Shown here: piece by piece, positions 12,860 through 26,261 of the stretch
Position numbering within the stretch: position 1 is the stretch's first letter
How the letters are laid out: every line of letters starts with the position of its first letter
Source of the DNA: Octopus sinensis
Taxonomy: Eukaryota
Direction: 5' to 3'
Length of the DNA: 64,000 nt
Assembly: GCF_006345805.1 (NCBI RefSeq)
Contig: NC_043000.1
Coordinates: 128,836,001 to 128,900,000, forward strand
Position numbers and translations under genes: made by a program
The notes under the pieces: generated by a model
What the model saw: the letters and a program-made list of their open reading frames with translations, nothing else
The model's database searches: none
What the model was told of the DNA's origin: nothing

Positions 12860-13299
12860 CATACATACATACATACATTCTCATTTGTACCTATCATCAT
12901 TGGTGCATTAAGTAGGTTATGTACCAACAAATTTGCACAAAGACCAAAAAGTACTCGGTTTCACAGAAAGAAGCAAAAAAAAAAAAAAAGCTGACACGGA
13001 TTTTCCAAATCCAATCTATTAGTGGTACAGCGAAAGTTTGTAAGACATTCCAAAAATTCTCCATCTTAGATTGATTCTTATGTGAATAGATGCACACACT
13101 TGAGTGTATTCATCGACAGTTCAACCAACACACCAAATCAAATACATATTTACAAACACCGGAAACTCTCTTAACTCAAAAACTCTCGTTGCTTTGTTAG
13201 CAACCGGCTTGAACTCTAAGAAGGTCTTAAATTCAAATCAAAGAAAAATCATATATACTCGCGCGCGCGTATATATTATTATTATTATTATTATTATTA

Positions 13300-13745
13300 C
13301 TTTTTTTTCTTCTTTCAAATTTGCTTCCATTTCTTGCCGAGTGTCTTCCCGACTCCTAGGGCAAAGAAACTCATTGTATACATTGGTAGGCCATTAAACC
13401 AAACTCAATAGTTCGTTCATTTTTTTTTTTTTTTTTAGTTAAATTAAAATACATGAGCAGCAACAGTTCTCACATCGACAATGCTCTTCTCAATACGTGT
13501 GATGTACCGATAAGACAATCTTTGAATCTTGCAGGGATGGTAAGCCAGGGATCATTCTCATATAATTTTCGGTTCCCTTCTTGATCATTCCTAGTGCTCC
13601 TATGACACTGGTATTGTAACCGCCTTGAGATGCCACATTTTCTCAATTTCAATGAGTACGTATTTATATTTTCTGAGCTTGTCAAACTCTTTCGCTGAGA
13701 TATTATGATCACAGGGGATGCTCATGTCGATCAATAAGCAAACTT
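13300..13745 (-). mobile_element. RLE-type LINE 3' fragment with (TAA)n tail
   Basis: CLLIDMSIPCDHNISAKEFDKLRKYK..LIEIEKMWHLKAVTIPV/IGALGMIKKG ... IGTSHVLRRALSM*. Confidence 0.9.
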
Positions 13746-13760
13746 TATTGTTTTGGTCTT

Positions 13761-13828
<68 letters not shown>

Positions 13829-14358
13829 GAGTGAGAGAGCAGTGCACGCCATCAAAGTGATTCTGGGGTAAAACATACGAAGCCCAGTATATCCGCCATG
13901 ACTACCGTCTGAAAAGGGTACACCAGGTACATGCATCACAACCATATGTGCGCGACATGGTGATCTCATATCAAGGTAAACAGAGCATGACCTTGCAGGT
14001 GGGGCCCAGTTAAAAAAATTTTCAGGTCGAGTAGCCTATTCCGCTCAAAAGGTCCTTTAATAAGGGTTGTCTAAGGATGTTGAGTGAAACACTCATGTTT
14101 CCAAAGGTGAATTATCCAAACCCCAAAGAATTCCTTTCAACACATGGGTATGATGTTCCCCCACTACTTCTGCTCGTGATCAGATATGCACATATCGTCA
14201 TCCACTAAGGGACATGCTCAACTGGTCAAGTTCAAACAACTGACAAGCAGATCTGTGGTATTGAGCAGAATATTTGCTTTAGCGCATCTTGTATACCAAG
14301 ACAAAACAATGTACGTGATAACATTTCTAATCAGTTGAGATCAGAATCCATGAGAATT
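13829..14358 (-). mobile_element. Unclassified ~530-bp non-coding interspersed repeat with (TAA)n tail
   Basis: A second copy of its 5' part lies at 22570-22800; tail at 13763-13828; no ORF. Confidence 0.75.
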
Positions 14359-14380
14359 ATTGTTGTTGTTGTTGTTGTTG

Positions 14381-14411
<31 letters not shown>

Positions 14412-14431
14412 CATCATCATCATTATTATTA

Positions 14432-14830
14432 CATGTTTAACTTTTGCTTTGTATTTGTACAAGTTGACTCCAAGTCTCACTCAGAGACCTCAAGAGACAA
14501 CAAGCTAGAAGTTCAAGTTGGTGTTATGACTGGGATGCATATATTTGGTTTTGCACGAAGTATTGTTTTAGAGAATGTTTAAGAAAGCAAGAAATTATTA
14601 TAAGTTTGTTTTAAAGTTTGAGATTACATAGAGAGCATTTTACGTAGGATATTAGCAGTTCTCGTGAGCACTATTTCATTAGTTTCTGCCATTTTGGGAT
14701 TTCCTGGTATCTGAGCTAGATAGCAATCAACCCCTTTTCCTATCATTCTCAGGGCACCTATGATAACAGGTATTGTTTTAGCCTTGAAGTTCCACATTTT
14801 GCCAATTTCTATTTCAAGATCTTATACTTG
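14432..14830 (-). mobile_element. RLE-type LINE 3' fragment with (TAA)n tail
   Basis: KLSKYKDLEIEIGKMWNFKAKTIPVIIGALRMIGKG..CYLAQIPGNPKM...VL..TANILRKMLSM*; same subfamily as 22258-22562. Confidence 0.9.
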
Positions 14831-14889
14831 CTCAGTTTTTGGTAGTTTGATTATTATTATTATTATTATTATTATTGTTGTTGTTGTTG

Positions 14890-14951
<62 letters not shown>

Positions 14952-15019
14952 ATTGTTGTTGTTGTTATTATTATTATTATTATTATTATATTATATTATT
15001 ATTATTATTATTATTATCA

Positions 15020-15079
<60 letters not shown>

Positions 15080-15105
15080 TATTATTATTATTATTATTAT
15101 TATTA

Positions 15106-15422
15106 TGAATGACTCTCGGATTGTTCTTTATTACCGTTTATTCTTTACTTGAAAGCATGCAATAACAAATCGCCAAAGATTTCAAATAGTGCCTTCTCCT
15201 GAGACTCAAAGGAACAATACGCTCTTTAGAATGTGAGCTGTACCCAACAATGCTGTCTTTTGGATCACCTTGAGCCTGACAGCAGCTCCCGTATTCTTAG
15301 TATATTTTTCAAAGCCCTTGGAAACTGCTCCTAATGCTCCAATTACCACCGGTATCACCATAATTTTCCTCATGCTCCATAACTTTCCTATCTCGTCCCG
15401 CAGTAGCTGGTATTTCTCAATG
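15106..15422 (-). mobile_element. RLE-type LINE 3' fragment with long (TAA)n tail
   Basis: IEKYQLLRDEIGKLWSMRKIMVIPVVIGALGAVSKGFEKY...IQKTALLGTAHILKSVL*. Confidence 0.92.
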
Positions 15423-15423
15423 T

Positions 15424-15455
<32 letters not shown>

Positions 15456-15472
15456 TATTATTATTATTATTA

Positions 15473-15512
<40 letters not shown>

Positions 15513-15513
15513 G

Positions 15514-16722
15514 TCATCTCTTTATCACAGGTTTTGTTGGAGCTCCTGGGGGCTTGCATGCGTAGCGGGCTTGCTACCTGCAGCCTACGGTACTAAGCTA
15601 TTCCTTCTTTTCAGTTATCTAATACTTCCCTGATTATTCTGGCCGTGCCAAGGAGGTAAACCTTTTGTAACAGTTCTACTGGGCATTCTATTCTAATTTC
15701 TTTTATATTCCTCTTGATGCTTTCTAATACTATTCCCAAGGAACCAACAATAATTGGCACTATCTTCACCTACTTAAGAAGGTTGTATCTTTCTATCTTT
15801 TCATTTTCCTTCTTGACTATTCGTGGGTTAAAGGGGCATGCAACATCAACTATATAGCATATGTGGTGCACCTTGTCCACCACCACTAGGTTCGGTCTGT
15901 TATGCTCTAGCACCTGATCTGTTTGGATTGGGAAATCCTAAAGGATTTTGCTAGTCTCCGACTATGATACTCGCTGGAGTCTGTGCTCATACCATGTCTT
16001 GTCTCTCTCTAGCCCCCATTTTTTACACAGTTTCCAATATAGGACTTTCGCTACCTGGTCGTGCCACCACAACTTGTAGTGGTTTGGGGTAAGTCTAGGG
16101 CATTCGTTCGTGATATAGGCAATGGTTTCATCCACTCCATTGCAGATGCGACACAGCAGAGACACTTGCTCATTCCTTTGGTTGACCCTCCAGTTCATGG
16201 CCAAAGCTTAGTCCTGCGAAGCCAGTATAGTGTCTTCGGTTTCTATTTTTAGGGTTCTTTCATCAGCCAATCTCACCTATTTTTTCCAGCAACTTCTGTT
16301 GATTGAGTAGTCACTTCTTGCATAATTCTTCTTCATGCTTTTTTGTACTTCTTCCTTTGTTTTTCCATTTCCTCTGCTTTCAACAATACTTCCCCGTTCC
16401 TGTCACTAGCAAGGTTTTCTTACTTTGGGTTAGGTATCTCATTAAGCTCTCGAGTTCGATGCGCACGAAGTCTTCCACACTTATCAGTCCACTTCCGTCA
16501 TTTGCTCTCTTCATGTATAGGCGATCAATGTCTGTACGTGGATTATGGGCTCAATGCATCGTTAGGATCTTTCTTGACTTCCTGTCCATCTTTAGCTCCT
16601 CCTCTGTCCACTTCAGGCTTCCAGCGCCATACCAAACTACTACGATTGCGCACGAGTTTATTGCCAAAATTATATTTATGGCATTCAGCTTTGAAGTCAA
16701 TATTTTTCTCACTTGCCGCAAG
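15514..16722 (-). mobile_element. RLE-type LINE, 1.2-kb 5'-truncated copy (thumb, CCHC knuckle, endonuclease)
   Basis: REYLRQVRKILTSKLN...DIDRLYMKR..GSGLISVED; CRICNGVDETIAYITNECP...HDQVAK; KIL*DFPIQTDQVLEHNRPNLVVVDK..CYIVDVACPF. Confidence 0.93.
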
Positions 16723-16731
16723 TATTCTCTC

Positions 16732-16849
<118 letters not shown>

Positions 16850-16859
16850 CATTATTATC

Positions 16860-17090
16860 ATATCCTACATACAGCTTGCATTGAGAGACACACCTGTCAT
16901 CAGCTGTCGACTAAAATTTACGATGATTTCGGCATAGTAACGCTCCTTCTAGCAGCATGGATGCTACCAGGAATGTTTGGTTTATTTTAAACAACTCTGT
17001 AGCATGTCTTTCTCCTCCACCATCAATGAAGTTACAACAATAAGATCGGTGCAGTTATAACCATGTCGACTATGCCACAAGTATTTTGCT
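16860..17090 (-). mobile_element. Strongly decayed RLE-type LINE 3' end with (TAA)n tail
   Basis: Frameshifted remnants of IPGS...ALL..AEIIRK; tail at 16728-16860. Confidence 0.45.
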
Positions 17091-17815
17091 TGTTTATTTA
17101 TTGAGCAGCTATTCTTTGCCCTTATCTTTCGTTATCCTCTCATATGCCTCTACCATATTTATCATGAAAGGTATTCTGTTCCATATTTCAGTTCCCGAAT
17201 CAAGGCTCTGCTCTCATTTCTTAATCAAGCCAGCTAAGACATGGCGGATCAAGCTTCAAAGCTACGAGATCCCTCGTCCCATAGAAGTACAATACGTTGC
17301 TGTTCTCGTGTCGCCCACAATTCTCTTCATATTTTAGACCCCTCATTTGTGTACCCACTACATATTAAAAGCATCATCACATCAACAGCCATTACACATT
17401 AAAAGTCCCCGTCAAATTTCCTATCAGGGAGGAGAAATAGTAGTGATATCGCCTTATGAATAGTAGAAATAGTAGGGATATCGCCTGTGCAGATGAATAA
17501 TTTTTGTTGGGTGTAGCTTGCACTGCACTGCCCCTACGTATTAGCCCAAGAAAACTTTCGCCGCTGAGACATGTAAATTGACAACTCAGGAACTTCCAAG
17601 GCCTCAGGATTTATTTTGGAGATTCCCTTCTCCTAGGTAGATTACCAACCAAGGTTAAAGAGCTGCTATCTGCCCATGAGATAAGCTCATTAAAGACACC
17701 AAACCGACACTCAAATACTCTATAAAGTGATCAAATATCACTTTGGTGTCCGACGCAGAGTAGTTCATTCATACATGGAAAAAAAGTGCATGGGATTTGA
17801 AAATATAAATAAGAA

Positions 17816-17824
17816 TTAAGTATA

Positions 17825-17873
<49 letters not shown>

Positions 17874-17957
17874 TAATAATAATAATATAATAATAATAAT
17901 AATAATGATAATAATAATAATAATAATAGTAATAGTAATAGTAATAATAATAATATA

Positions 17958-17998
<41 letters not shown>

Positions 17999-18040
17999 TA
18001 TATTAATTATATAATGGTAAATAATTATTAATTTCAAAAT
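17816..18040. repeat. (AAT)n microsatellite, interrupted
   Basis: Seen directly. Confidence 0.95.
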
Positions 18041-18198
18041 CAACAATTATTTCCGGGTAGATTTTTCATCCTGTTTTACATATGTGAGTTACATGTATAT
18101 GTTATATGTGGAGTTATATTTGTAAAAGATAGAAATAAGCGGTTTTTGACTGCTACTTCTAACTTTTCGGTATGTGGCTAAGCAACCTCTTGCTTGCC

Positions 18199-18323
<125 letters not shown>

Positions 18324-18741
18324 TAAAAGATATGCAATTTAATGATATAAATAAAGTAAAAATATACATATATATGCATGTAAGAATAAGAAAAAAGATA
18401 TATACATATATACAGATATTTTGTTGGATGGCCGTTGACTGCTCATAAGTTCCTCCACCCTTTGACGGGTCTTATTTTTCATTCCGCAGCGTGTCCAACA
18501 AACACCCTCCACACCAAGCAAGCCTGGTGGCGTCGACAGTTTATCTTCCTACGACCCGACCATGCAACAGGTCTAACTGGATTACATGTTACCAATAGCA
18601 CTGAAAAGCGACCTCACAGAAACGCATGTATATACACACACACGTATATATGCACACACACACACATATATATATACATACACACACATATAAATACACA
18701 CACACACACACATATATATATACATACACACACATATAAAT

Positions 18742-18819
<78 letters not shown>

Positions 18820-20064
18820 AATAGATAACGAAGGAATACCGTACGGGTACGTTTTGCTCAACAAAGACGATGCAATGTGACTAGGGAAATTTGGCCGTTA
18901 TTTCTAAAAGGACGAGTACTACTGGAAAGGTTCCCTTGTCAATAAGTATTGACCCTCGTGTAAAAATTTGCCAAAAAATTTTTCCCTGTGAAATTAGGAG
19001 GAAGGTAGAATTTTCGAGGGTTCCACCCACTCTACTCCTCGTTTTCTGGACAAAAAAGTATTTTGTGGAATATTAGGAGGTCACCGTAATTTATTCAACG
19101 AAAACGAAAAAGCATTTCCCAATGATTCCGGGAAGGTTGGGGTGAAATTTCCGAGTGTTCCCGTTTTCGGGGGGGAAAAGGATTTTGTAGCAAAACGAAA
19201 AGAAAAAAAAAAGTCCAATTATTCCCAGTAGTGGGGGGAGTTTCCTGCCCGCCCCATCTTTCCAAACCAAAAATAAGGGGTTTGCGGCACAGCAGGAGGT
19301 CAAAGGAGTTGATTCCACGCGAAAAATCCGAGTTTGGGGTGGGTGGGTGAAAAGCGTGGGGGTGAGTTGGTAAAAGTTCACCCTATTTTATATGCAAGCT
19401 ATGTTTTGATCCACGGCTATAGTAAATGATGTTTGCTCAAGATACCATGCAGTAGGATCGAACCTGAGTTACAAAGGGAACTTATTAACCATTCGTGAAT
19501 GCCGTGGCTATGTGTGTGTGTATATGTGTGTATTTGTGTGTGTGTGTGTATACACATATACATATATAGTTCTGTATGCTGAATCGTTAATTAGAGTTGT
19601 ACTTGAGGTTTACATTTCTACTTGAGTTCCTACAAATCACTTACCCCTTAAGTATTGTTGTAAGGACAATCCTTAACAATTTGACTTTAATCCAAATATA
19701 TCACGTACTGGACACACTATTAATCCGATAGGAACGGATGGAACCCGTTAAAAGCAACCTTAAACTTTGTATGTGTGTATGTGTGTGTATGTGTGTGTAT
19801 GTGAGTTTACGTGTGTATATATATGTGTGTGTGTGAGTGTGTTTGTGTGTCCGTGTGTAGGCACGTACATGTATGTTTGTTTGTATGTATATATATACAT
19901 GCATGTACATATATGTGTGCACACGCACGCACACACACACACACACACACACACAAACATACACACGCACACACAAACATACATACACACAGAAACTTCT
20001 TATATTCAATACCGTAAAAATCAGCCATGTTAGATACAAGCAGCAGAGCAGAACAACTTGGTTG

Positions 20065-20300
20065 TCAAGCAACAAGTAATCCATACAAAAGCTTATCCAT
20101 GTTGATTTTAAGCTTGCTTGACGACCAAATAATCAAGTGGACGCCTATATGGGTGTATCTGGGTAGCCGATGGTCACTGTAATTGATGACTGCCCGAAAT
20201 GTCTTGCTGGTCACTTCACTTTGTCTTTTCTGTCTTACAAATCGTAACTTCAACTTTGATGAGAATGTTACTGCTTCAGGAACATGAGAGTCTTGCTGAC
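20065..20300 (-). mobile_element. Possible RTE LINE AP-endonuclease C-terminal remnant
   Basis: FVRQKRQSEVTSKTFRAVINYSDHRL resembles the APE 'SDHR' motif. Confidence 0.4.
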
Positions 20301-20697
20301 ACTCCATATGTTAATGACTGCGAATGTGTGTGTATATGTGTATCCCTCTCTGCTTAGCTGACTGATTGTACGTGAATATGTATGCATGCGTGTGTTTGTA
20401 TATATACAGAAATATACATACATTCATGCATACGGACATATATACATGCTTGTATGTATTTTTGAGTGAGTATGTGTGTATATATATATATATATATAAT
20501 AATAAATCTCTAAGCGAGGTATAAACAGTAACTGCTCTGTAATATAAGCGGGATCAGCCATCTGAATGTGGCTAGGGACAGGGCGGGGTGGTGGGGGTGT
20601 TACTGATGCATTTAGCCCCAGGCGACTATAGACGTCACCAGAAGAGCCGACACCATCACGGTGTCCTTGCTAGCCTGTAAAGGGAGATCAGCCTTCC

Positions 20698-20774
20698 CGA
20701 AGATACGGATGCTACACACGGACCGGTTTCGAGGTGGTCGCCTCTCGTCAGCGCATGGCAAGCACCGTTCTTCG
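20698..20774 (-). ncRNA. Type I hammerhead ribozyme (extended helix I)
   Basis: Exact reverse complement of 20991-21067. Confidence 0.9.
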
Positions 20775-20990
20775 TTGAGGGACTTCCTCTACAGGCTAGA
20801 AATATATAGATTTTCACAGTAAACACAGTCTAGCCACATTCAGATGGCTGATCCCGCTTATATTACAGAGCAGTTACTGTTTATACCTCGCTTAGAGATT
20901 TATTATTGTTATCGAACAGATTTTCGACGCCAGTGACTGTGTTTACTGTGAAAATCTATATATTTCTAGCCTGTAGAGGAAGTCCCTCAA

Positions 20991-21067
20991 CGAAGAACGG
21001 TGCTTGCCATGCGCTGACGAGAGGCGACCACCTCGAAACCGGTCCGTGTGTAGCATCCGTATCTTCG
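20991..21067 (+). ncRNA. Type I hammerhead ribozyme (extended helix I), predicted cleavage after GUC at 21044
   Basis: CUGACGA 21014-20; helix II GAGG/CCUC with loop CGACCA; GAAA 21035-38; palindromic ACCGGU helix III; helix I CAUGCG/CGUGUG extended by UGCU/AGCA, ACGG/CCGU and CGAAGA/UCUUCG. Confidence 0.92.
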
Positions 21068-21222
21068 GGAGGCTGATCTCCCTTTACAGGCTAGCAAGGA
21101 CACCGTGATGGTGCCGGCTCTTCTGGTGACGTCTATAGTCGCCTGGGGCTAAATGCATCAGTAACACCCCCACCACCCCGCCCTGTCCCTAGCCACATTC
21201 AGATGGCTGATCCCGCTTATAT

Positions 21223-21343
<121 letters not shown>

Positions 21344-21408
21344 AGTATGTGTGTGTGTGTGGATGTGTATGTATTATGTATGTATATGAGTGTGTGTGTG
21401 TATGTGTG

Positions 21409-21717
21409 AAGGCGCGTGGCTTAGTGATTAGGGTATTCGGCTCACGATCGTAAGGCCATGAGTTCAATTCCCGGCGATGCGTTGTGTCTCTTGAGCAAGG
21501 CACTTTCTTTCACATTACTTCAGTCCACTCAGCTGGCAAAAATGAGTAGTACTTGTATTTCAAAGGGCCAACCTTATCACACTGAATCTCCCTGAGAACT
21601 ACGTTAAGGGTACACATGTGTTTGGAGTGCTCAGTCACTTGCACGTTAATTTCACGAGCAAGCTGTTTCATTTATTGGATCAACTGGAACCCTCGTCGTC
21701 GTAACCGACGGAGTTCA
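21409..21717 (+). mobile_element. tRNA-derived SINE, family C
   Basis: A/B-box head 'ggcgcgtggcttagtgattagg...gagttcaattccc', conserved centre, tail 'cctcgtcgtcgtaaccgacggag'; also at 44790 and 57150. Confidence 0.92.
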
Positions 21718-21719
21718 TA

Positions 21720-22114
21720 TATATTGTTGCAGTGTAATGGCTTGTGTACCTCAATGACACTGGAGCTATGCCAGTGGAGCTCAAGCCAGTGGAGCTCAAG
21801 CCGGTCGGGTCAAGGGATAAAGGCCAGACTAAAATGGGCCACTTCTTCCCACAAGTAAAAATGGGTTTTCGTACAGAAGTATCAGGGACAATTCAAAACT
21901 AACGAGATCTGGTAGAAGGAGGTTTTCCTTTGGGGAAACATGTCTGGAACTCACAAGGGAGGCGGAAGAGAGGACACATTAAGGTTAGTTGGAGGCGGGA
22001 TTCTAAGGTGGGCTGAAAAGGCAGAGATTCAACTGGAAAGAAGCACGAAAGATCACCCGGAGTCGAGAAGAGTAGAGAGAAGTCGTCGATAGCCTATACT
22101 CCATAGGGAGGGAA
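21720..22114 (+). mobile_element. RTE-clade LINE 3' fragment followed by (TAA)n 22115-22256
   Basis: WNSQGRRKRGHIKVSWRRD resembles the RTE C-terminal W.PQGKR.RGRP..TWRR motif. Confidence 0.6.
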
Positions 22115-22115
22115 G

Positions 22116-22178
<63 letters not shown>

Positions 22179-22200
22179 TAATAATAATAATAACAATAAC

Positions 22201-22256
<56 letters not shown>

Positions 22257-22257
22257 G

Positions 22258-22562
22258 GGGCTGATTGCTACCTAGCTCAGATACCAGGAAACCCCAAAAT
22301 AGCAGAAATTCAAAAGATAGTGCTCATGGGAACTGCTCATATCCTACGCAAAATACTTTCTATGTAATCTCAAGTTTTAAAACAAACACAATTTTCTTAT
22401 GGTTTCTTAAACATTCTCTAGAACAACACTATGTACGAAGCCAAATATATGGCACCCTAGGCATAACACCAACATGAACTTCCAACTTGTTGTCTCTTGA
22501 AGTCTCTGGGTGAGACTTGGAGCCAACTTGTACAAATGTAAAGCAAAAGTCAAACATAAAAT
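22258..22562 (+). mobile_element. RLE-type LINE 3' fragment (same subfamily as 14432-14830)
   Basis: GADCYLAQIPGNPKIAEIQKIVLMGTAHILRKILSM* plus a 3' UTR matching the 14432 copy. Confidence 0.92.
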
Positions 22563-22569
22563 AATAATC

Positions 22570-22800
22570 ATTATAGCAGTGCTAGGGAGTGGCTCTCATG
22601 GGTTTTGATCTTAACTGATTGGAAATGCTATCATGTAACATGTTTTGCCTTGGTATAAAAGGTGAGCTACAGCATATATTCTGCTCAATACCACTTATTT
22701 ACTTGTCAGTTTCTTGACCTTTACCAGTTGAGCATGTCCTTTGGTGGCTGACAATATGCATATTTCTGATCACGAGCAGAAGTAGTGGGGGAGAATCGTA
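22570..22800 (+). mobile_element. 5' part of the non-coding repeat seen at 13829-14358
   Basis: Reverse-complement match to ~14160-14358. Confidence 0.75.
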
Positions 22801-24700
22801 GACGGGAATCTGCGAAGCGCAACGCCCACTGTGTATTACTGCACAAAGACCATCAGTTGTGCAGCAGAATATGGCCTTTACCTATCATCAGAACACAAAA
22901 TCCCTACTGTAGCGATCACTCAGGAGGGTGCAGAACACTTGATGTGAAGATCTTGCACGTGATATTCAAGTTGCCACTGAAGCAATTGACAGCAAGAAGC
23001 TATACCATCTTAGGGAGCAATTTAATGGGACTAAGAGTTCTGCATCGGCTCATTAGCTTTCCAACGAGTGCTCTACCATATTTGCTATATCAGCAGAAAT
23101 TATATGTCACTGGAACGAACATTTTTCAGAACTTGTAAGCCGTGAGATGATGCGATAATCGATACTGTTCAGCAAAGACCTGTCATCAGCTCCTGGGACT
23201 CAGCACCCTTAATAGACGAGGTAATAACAATGATAAGTAAAACGAGTTTAAGTAAAATACCTGGTAAAGACGGAATTTGTGCAGATGTCTTTAGTTTTGG
23301 TGGTGGTCGTATCACACAGAATCTTTACGAGCTTATTAGAGTAGTCTTGTGAATGGTTCAGTTTTCAAGGACTGAGAGGATGTGATTATCCTTCCTCTCT
23401 ATAAAGGAAAGGAAATCAGAATTAAGTGAGGAAATTATAGAGCTATTACTCTACTGCCAGCTGCTAGCAAGATTCTGGCAAGTATTCTTACTCGTCTAAA
23501 TGATTTGTAAATGATTCCTCTCCGAATCTCAATGTGTCTTCCGTTCTGGTAGAGGAACAATAGATATGATTTTCACAGCAAGACAGATGCAGGAAAAGTG
23601 CTATGAACAGAATTTGGATTTTGTCCAGGTTTTCTTTGATTTAACCAAAGCCTTCGATACTCTGAATAGGGTCTCCTTGTGGAAAATACTCTGCAAACTT
23701 TTTTGCCCGGATGACTTTGTATCGATAATTAAATAATATCATAATGGGATGAATGAATGGGTCAATATCGGTGCTGGCACGGCGGAGCCCATTCTTACAG
23801 AGAATGCTGTTAAGCAAGGTGACATTCTTGCCCCAACTATCTTTTCCTTATATTTTGCTGTTACTCCCATTCATACTTTTGCTGTGGATTGCTCTTCTGA
23901 TAAATATGTGAGGTGTCGATCTTCTGGGCATCTCTTCAATTTGCATCGATTTACTGCTAATACAAAAGTTTTTCGGTCTCTTATTCGTGACCTCTTTTAT
24001 GCTGATGATTGCGACTTAATAGTTCACACAGTGAAAGATATGCAAATTCTCATGGATCATATTTCTACATCTTGCTAGGTATTTGGACTCAACATTATCT
24101 AGGACAAGTCTTTTGTAATATTCCAATCTGCGCCAGGAAACCGTCTATTTTAGTTGAAGGAACAGTACTGAAAATTTTGTCAACTTGGGCGGCATATTCA
24201 GCTGTTCTTGCTCCTTGAATGATGAAAAACCCTTAAGGCTTCAGAAGACATCAAATTGCTTCAGGGTCTTGAGTTTCGTGTCTCGTGCCAACACAGCATC
24301 ACGAACAAAAGTTGTGTATCGTGCGTGAAAGCTGACGTCATTTCTTTACTCGTGTGAGGCATTGAACCTGTATAGGCATCATGAACGCTTCTATCAGAAA
24401 TGTCTGAGACTCATACTGAATGTTGGCTGGTCCTTGCAGACTCCAAACACAGAGGTCTTGGGGAAGCCGACGTCCAGAGAATTGAGGCGATGGGGCACAA
24501 TCACCATTTACATTGAACAGAACACCTTGCTCGGATGAATGATCGGAGGATTCCAATCCTGATGCTGTACAGTGAACTTGTTTGCGGTAAGCGCCCCCAG
24601 CAGAAACCATCACTACGATTTAAGGACTGTACTGAAGGCCTGTGAAATATAAGAAGTTAATTGAAAGCGCAATGCTTGTCAGTGCCCCCGATACAGAAAG
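22800..24700 (+). mobile_element. RTE/BovB-like LINE, decayed ORF (partial APE, RT, thumb)
   Basis: GNYRAITLL..ASKILA, ESQCVFRSGRGTIDMIFTARQMQEKC, FFDLTKAFDTLNR, VKQGDILAPTIF, LFYADDCDL, MNDRRIP..MLYSELVCGKR. Confidence 0.92.
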
Positions 24701-25399
24701 CAAGTACTGGAAGCAGTGGGTATTTTCGAAAAAAAAAAAATCTCAAAACACGCAGTTTTCATGTCAAATTTCTGAAAAGATAAAAAAAAAACCCTCAGCT
24801 ATATGTATGTTATATCGATTCAGTTCGCGAACAAGTGCAGTACGTCTTGATTTTCTGATGCAAGGTGGATATCCATCAATCGCGCTAAACTGACCAGATA
24901 GAAAACGTCGGGCAATTTTTAGCTCATCCTTTCAAGAACTTCCCCAATCACCAGGTGATTAGTGCTGTCCTCAAATGAAGCTGCTTAGACATCCGTGCAA
25001 AAATCGAATCTTAGACGATAAGAAGACGACTTCATATCTATTATGAGCCACCTTCGTGTAAGTCACTGACTACATGCTGACTCGTATATGTATGTTTGTT
25101 TGTATGTAGTATGTATGTATGTATGTATGTATGTATGTATGTATGTATGCATGCATGCATGTATGTATGTATGTAGTATGTATGTATGCATGCATGCATG
25201 CATGTATGTATGTATGTATGTATGTATGTTGTATGTATGTATGTATGTTTGTATGTATGTGTGTGTATACATTATATGTAAGAGCCCCTAGTAGGCAACG
25301 ACTAATCCCAATCTAGTTCTTTCCCTCTAGGGAACGAAGGCGCATGTGTAGGTTGCAACGTCTTCTCTTCACTCGAACACTTCTATGTATACGATGTTC

Positions 25400-25637
25400 C
25401 TAGCTGTCTCCCGACAGAAAATGTGTTGCATATAAACAGCTTAGATTCTCGACCCCATGTCGAATTTATCGATTTTTTTCAAAACTGGGGGAACTTTTCA
25501 AAATTTTCGCTGCGTTAGTTTTGAATTATGACATTGGGCTATGTGTGTGTCAAGTTTCATCAGAATCAGTTGAAAGCCGTGGTCAGGGTGAGGGTACAAC
25601 CTGACAGACACACAGACACACAGACAGACAAACTGCC

Positions 25638-25680
<43 letters not shown>

Positions 25681-25698
25681 ATATATATATAGATAGAT

Positions 25699-25700
<2 letters not shown>
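25400..25700 (+). mobile_element. Possible non-autonomous Helitron-like (DINE-1/Lep1-type) element
   Basis: 'aagtttcatcagaatc...acagacacacagacagacaaac...tttatatatat...agatagat' is the typical 3' architecture of these families; not database-confirmed. Confidence 0.45.
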
Positions 25701-25740
<40 letters not shown>

Positions 25741-26028
25741 TTAAAAAAAACAAAGTTTGTACGTTAACCGCTGAAAATACTAACTAAAATTGATAATATT
25801 TCAGGTTTTTCGTGTCATTTACATTAATTTGACAATTCCGCAGATAACTGCGTACTTATTTTCTGAAAACGGATTGAAGGTGGTGATGCATGTATGATGC
25901 ATGCATGCATGTATGCATACATACATGCATGTATGCATGCTTGCATACATACATACATACATACATACATACATACATACATAGTACATACATACATACA
26001 TACATACATACATGCATACATACATACA

Positions 26029-26064
<36 letters not shown>

Positions 26065-26074
26065 TATATATGAT

Positions 26075-26261
26075 TGCGAATGTATTTGTCCCCCTACATT
26101 CGCTTGACAACCGATGTTGTAACTTAGCGATTCGGCAAAAGCGACCGATAGAATAAGTATTAGGCTTATAAAGAATAAGTCCTGGAGTCGATTTGTTCGA
26201 CTAAAGGTGTGGCTCCAGCATGGCCGCAGTCAAATGACTGAGACAAATAAAAGAATAAAAG
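26075..26261 (+). mobile_element. SINE family A body preceded by (CATA)n
   Basis: Body match; flanked by a 43-bp direct repeat (25834-25876 and 26262-26304). Confidence 0.88.

Noticed and set aside
18900-19390. GC-richer segment full of homopolymer runs
   Set aside because: Looks like low-quality consensus of an ordinary repeat; no interpretable structure.
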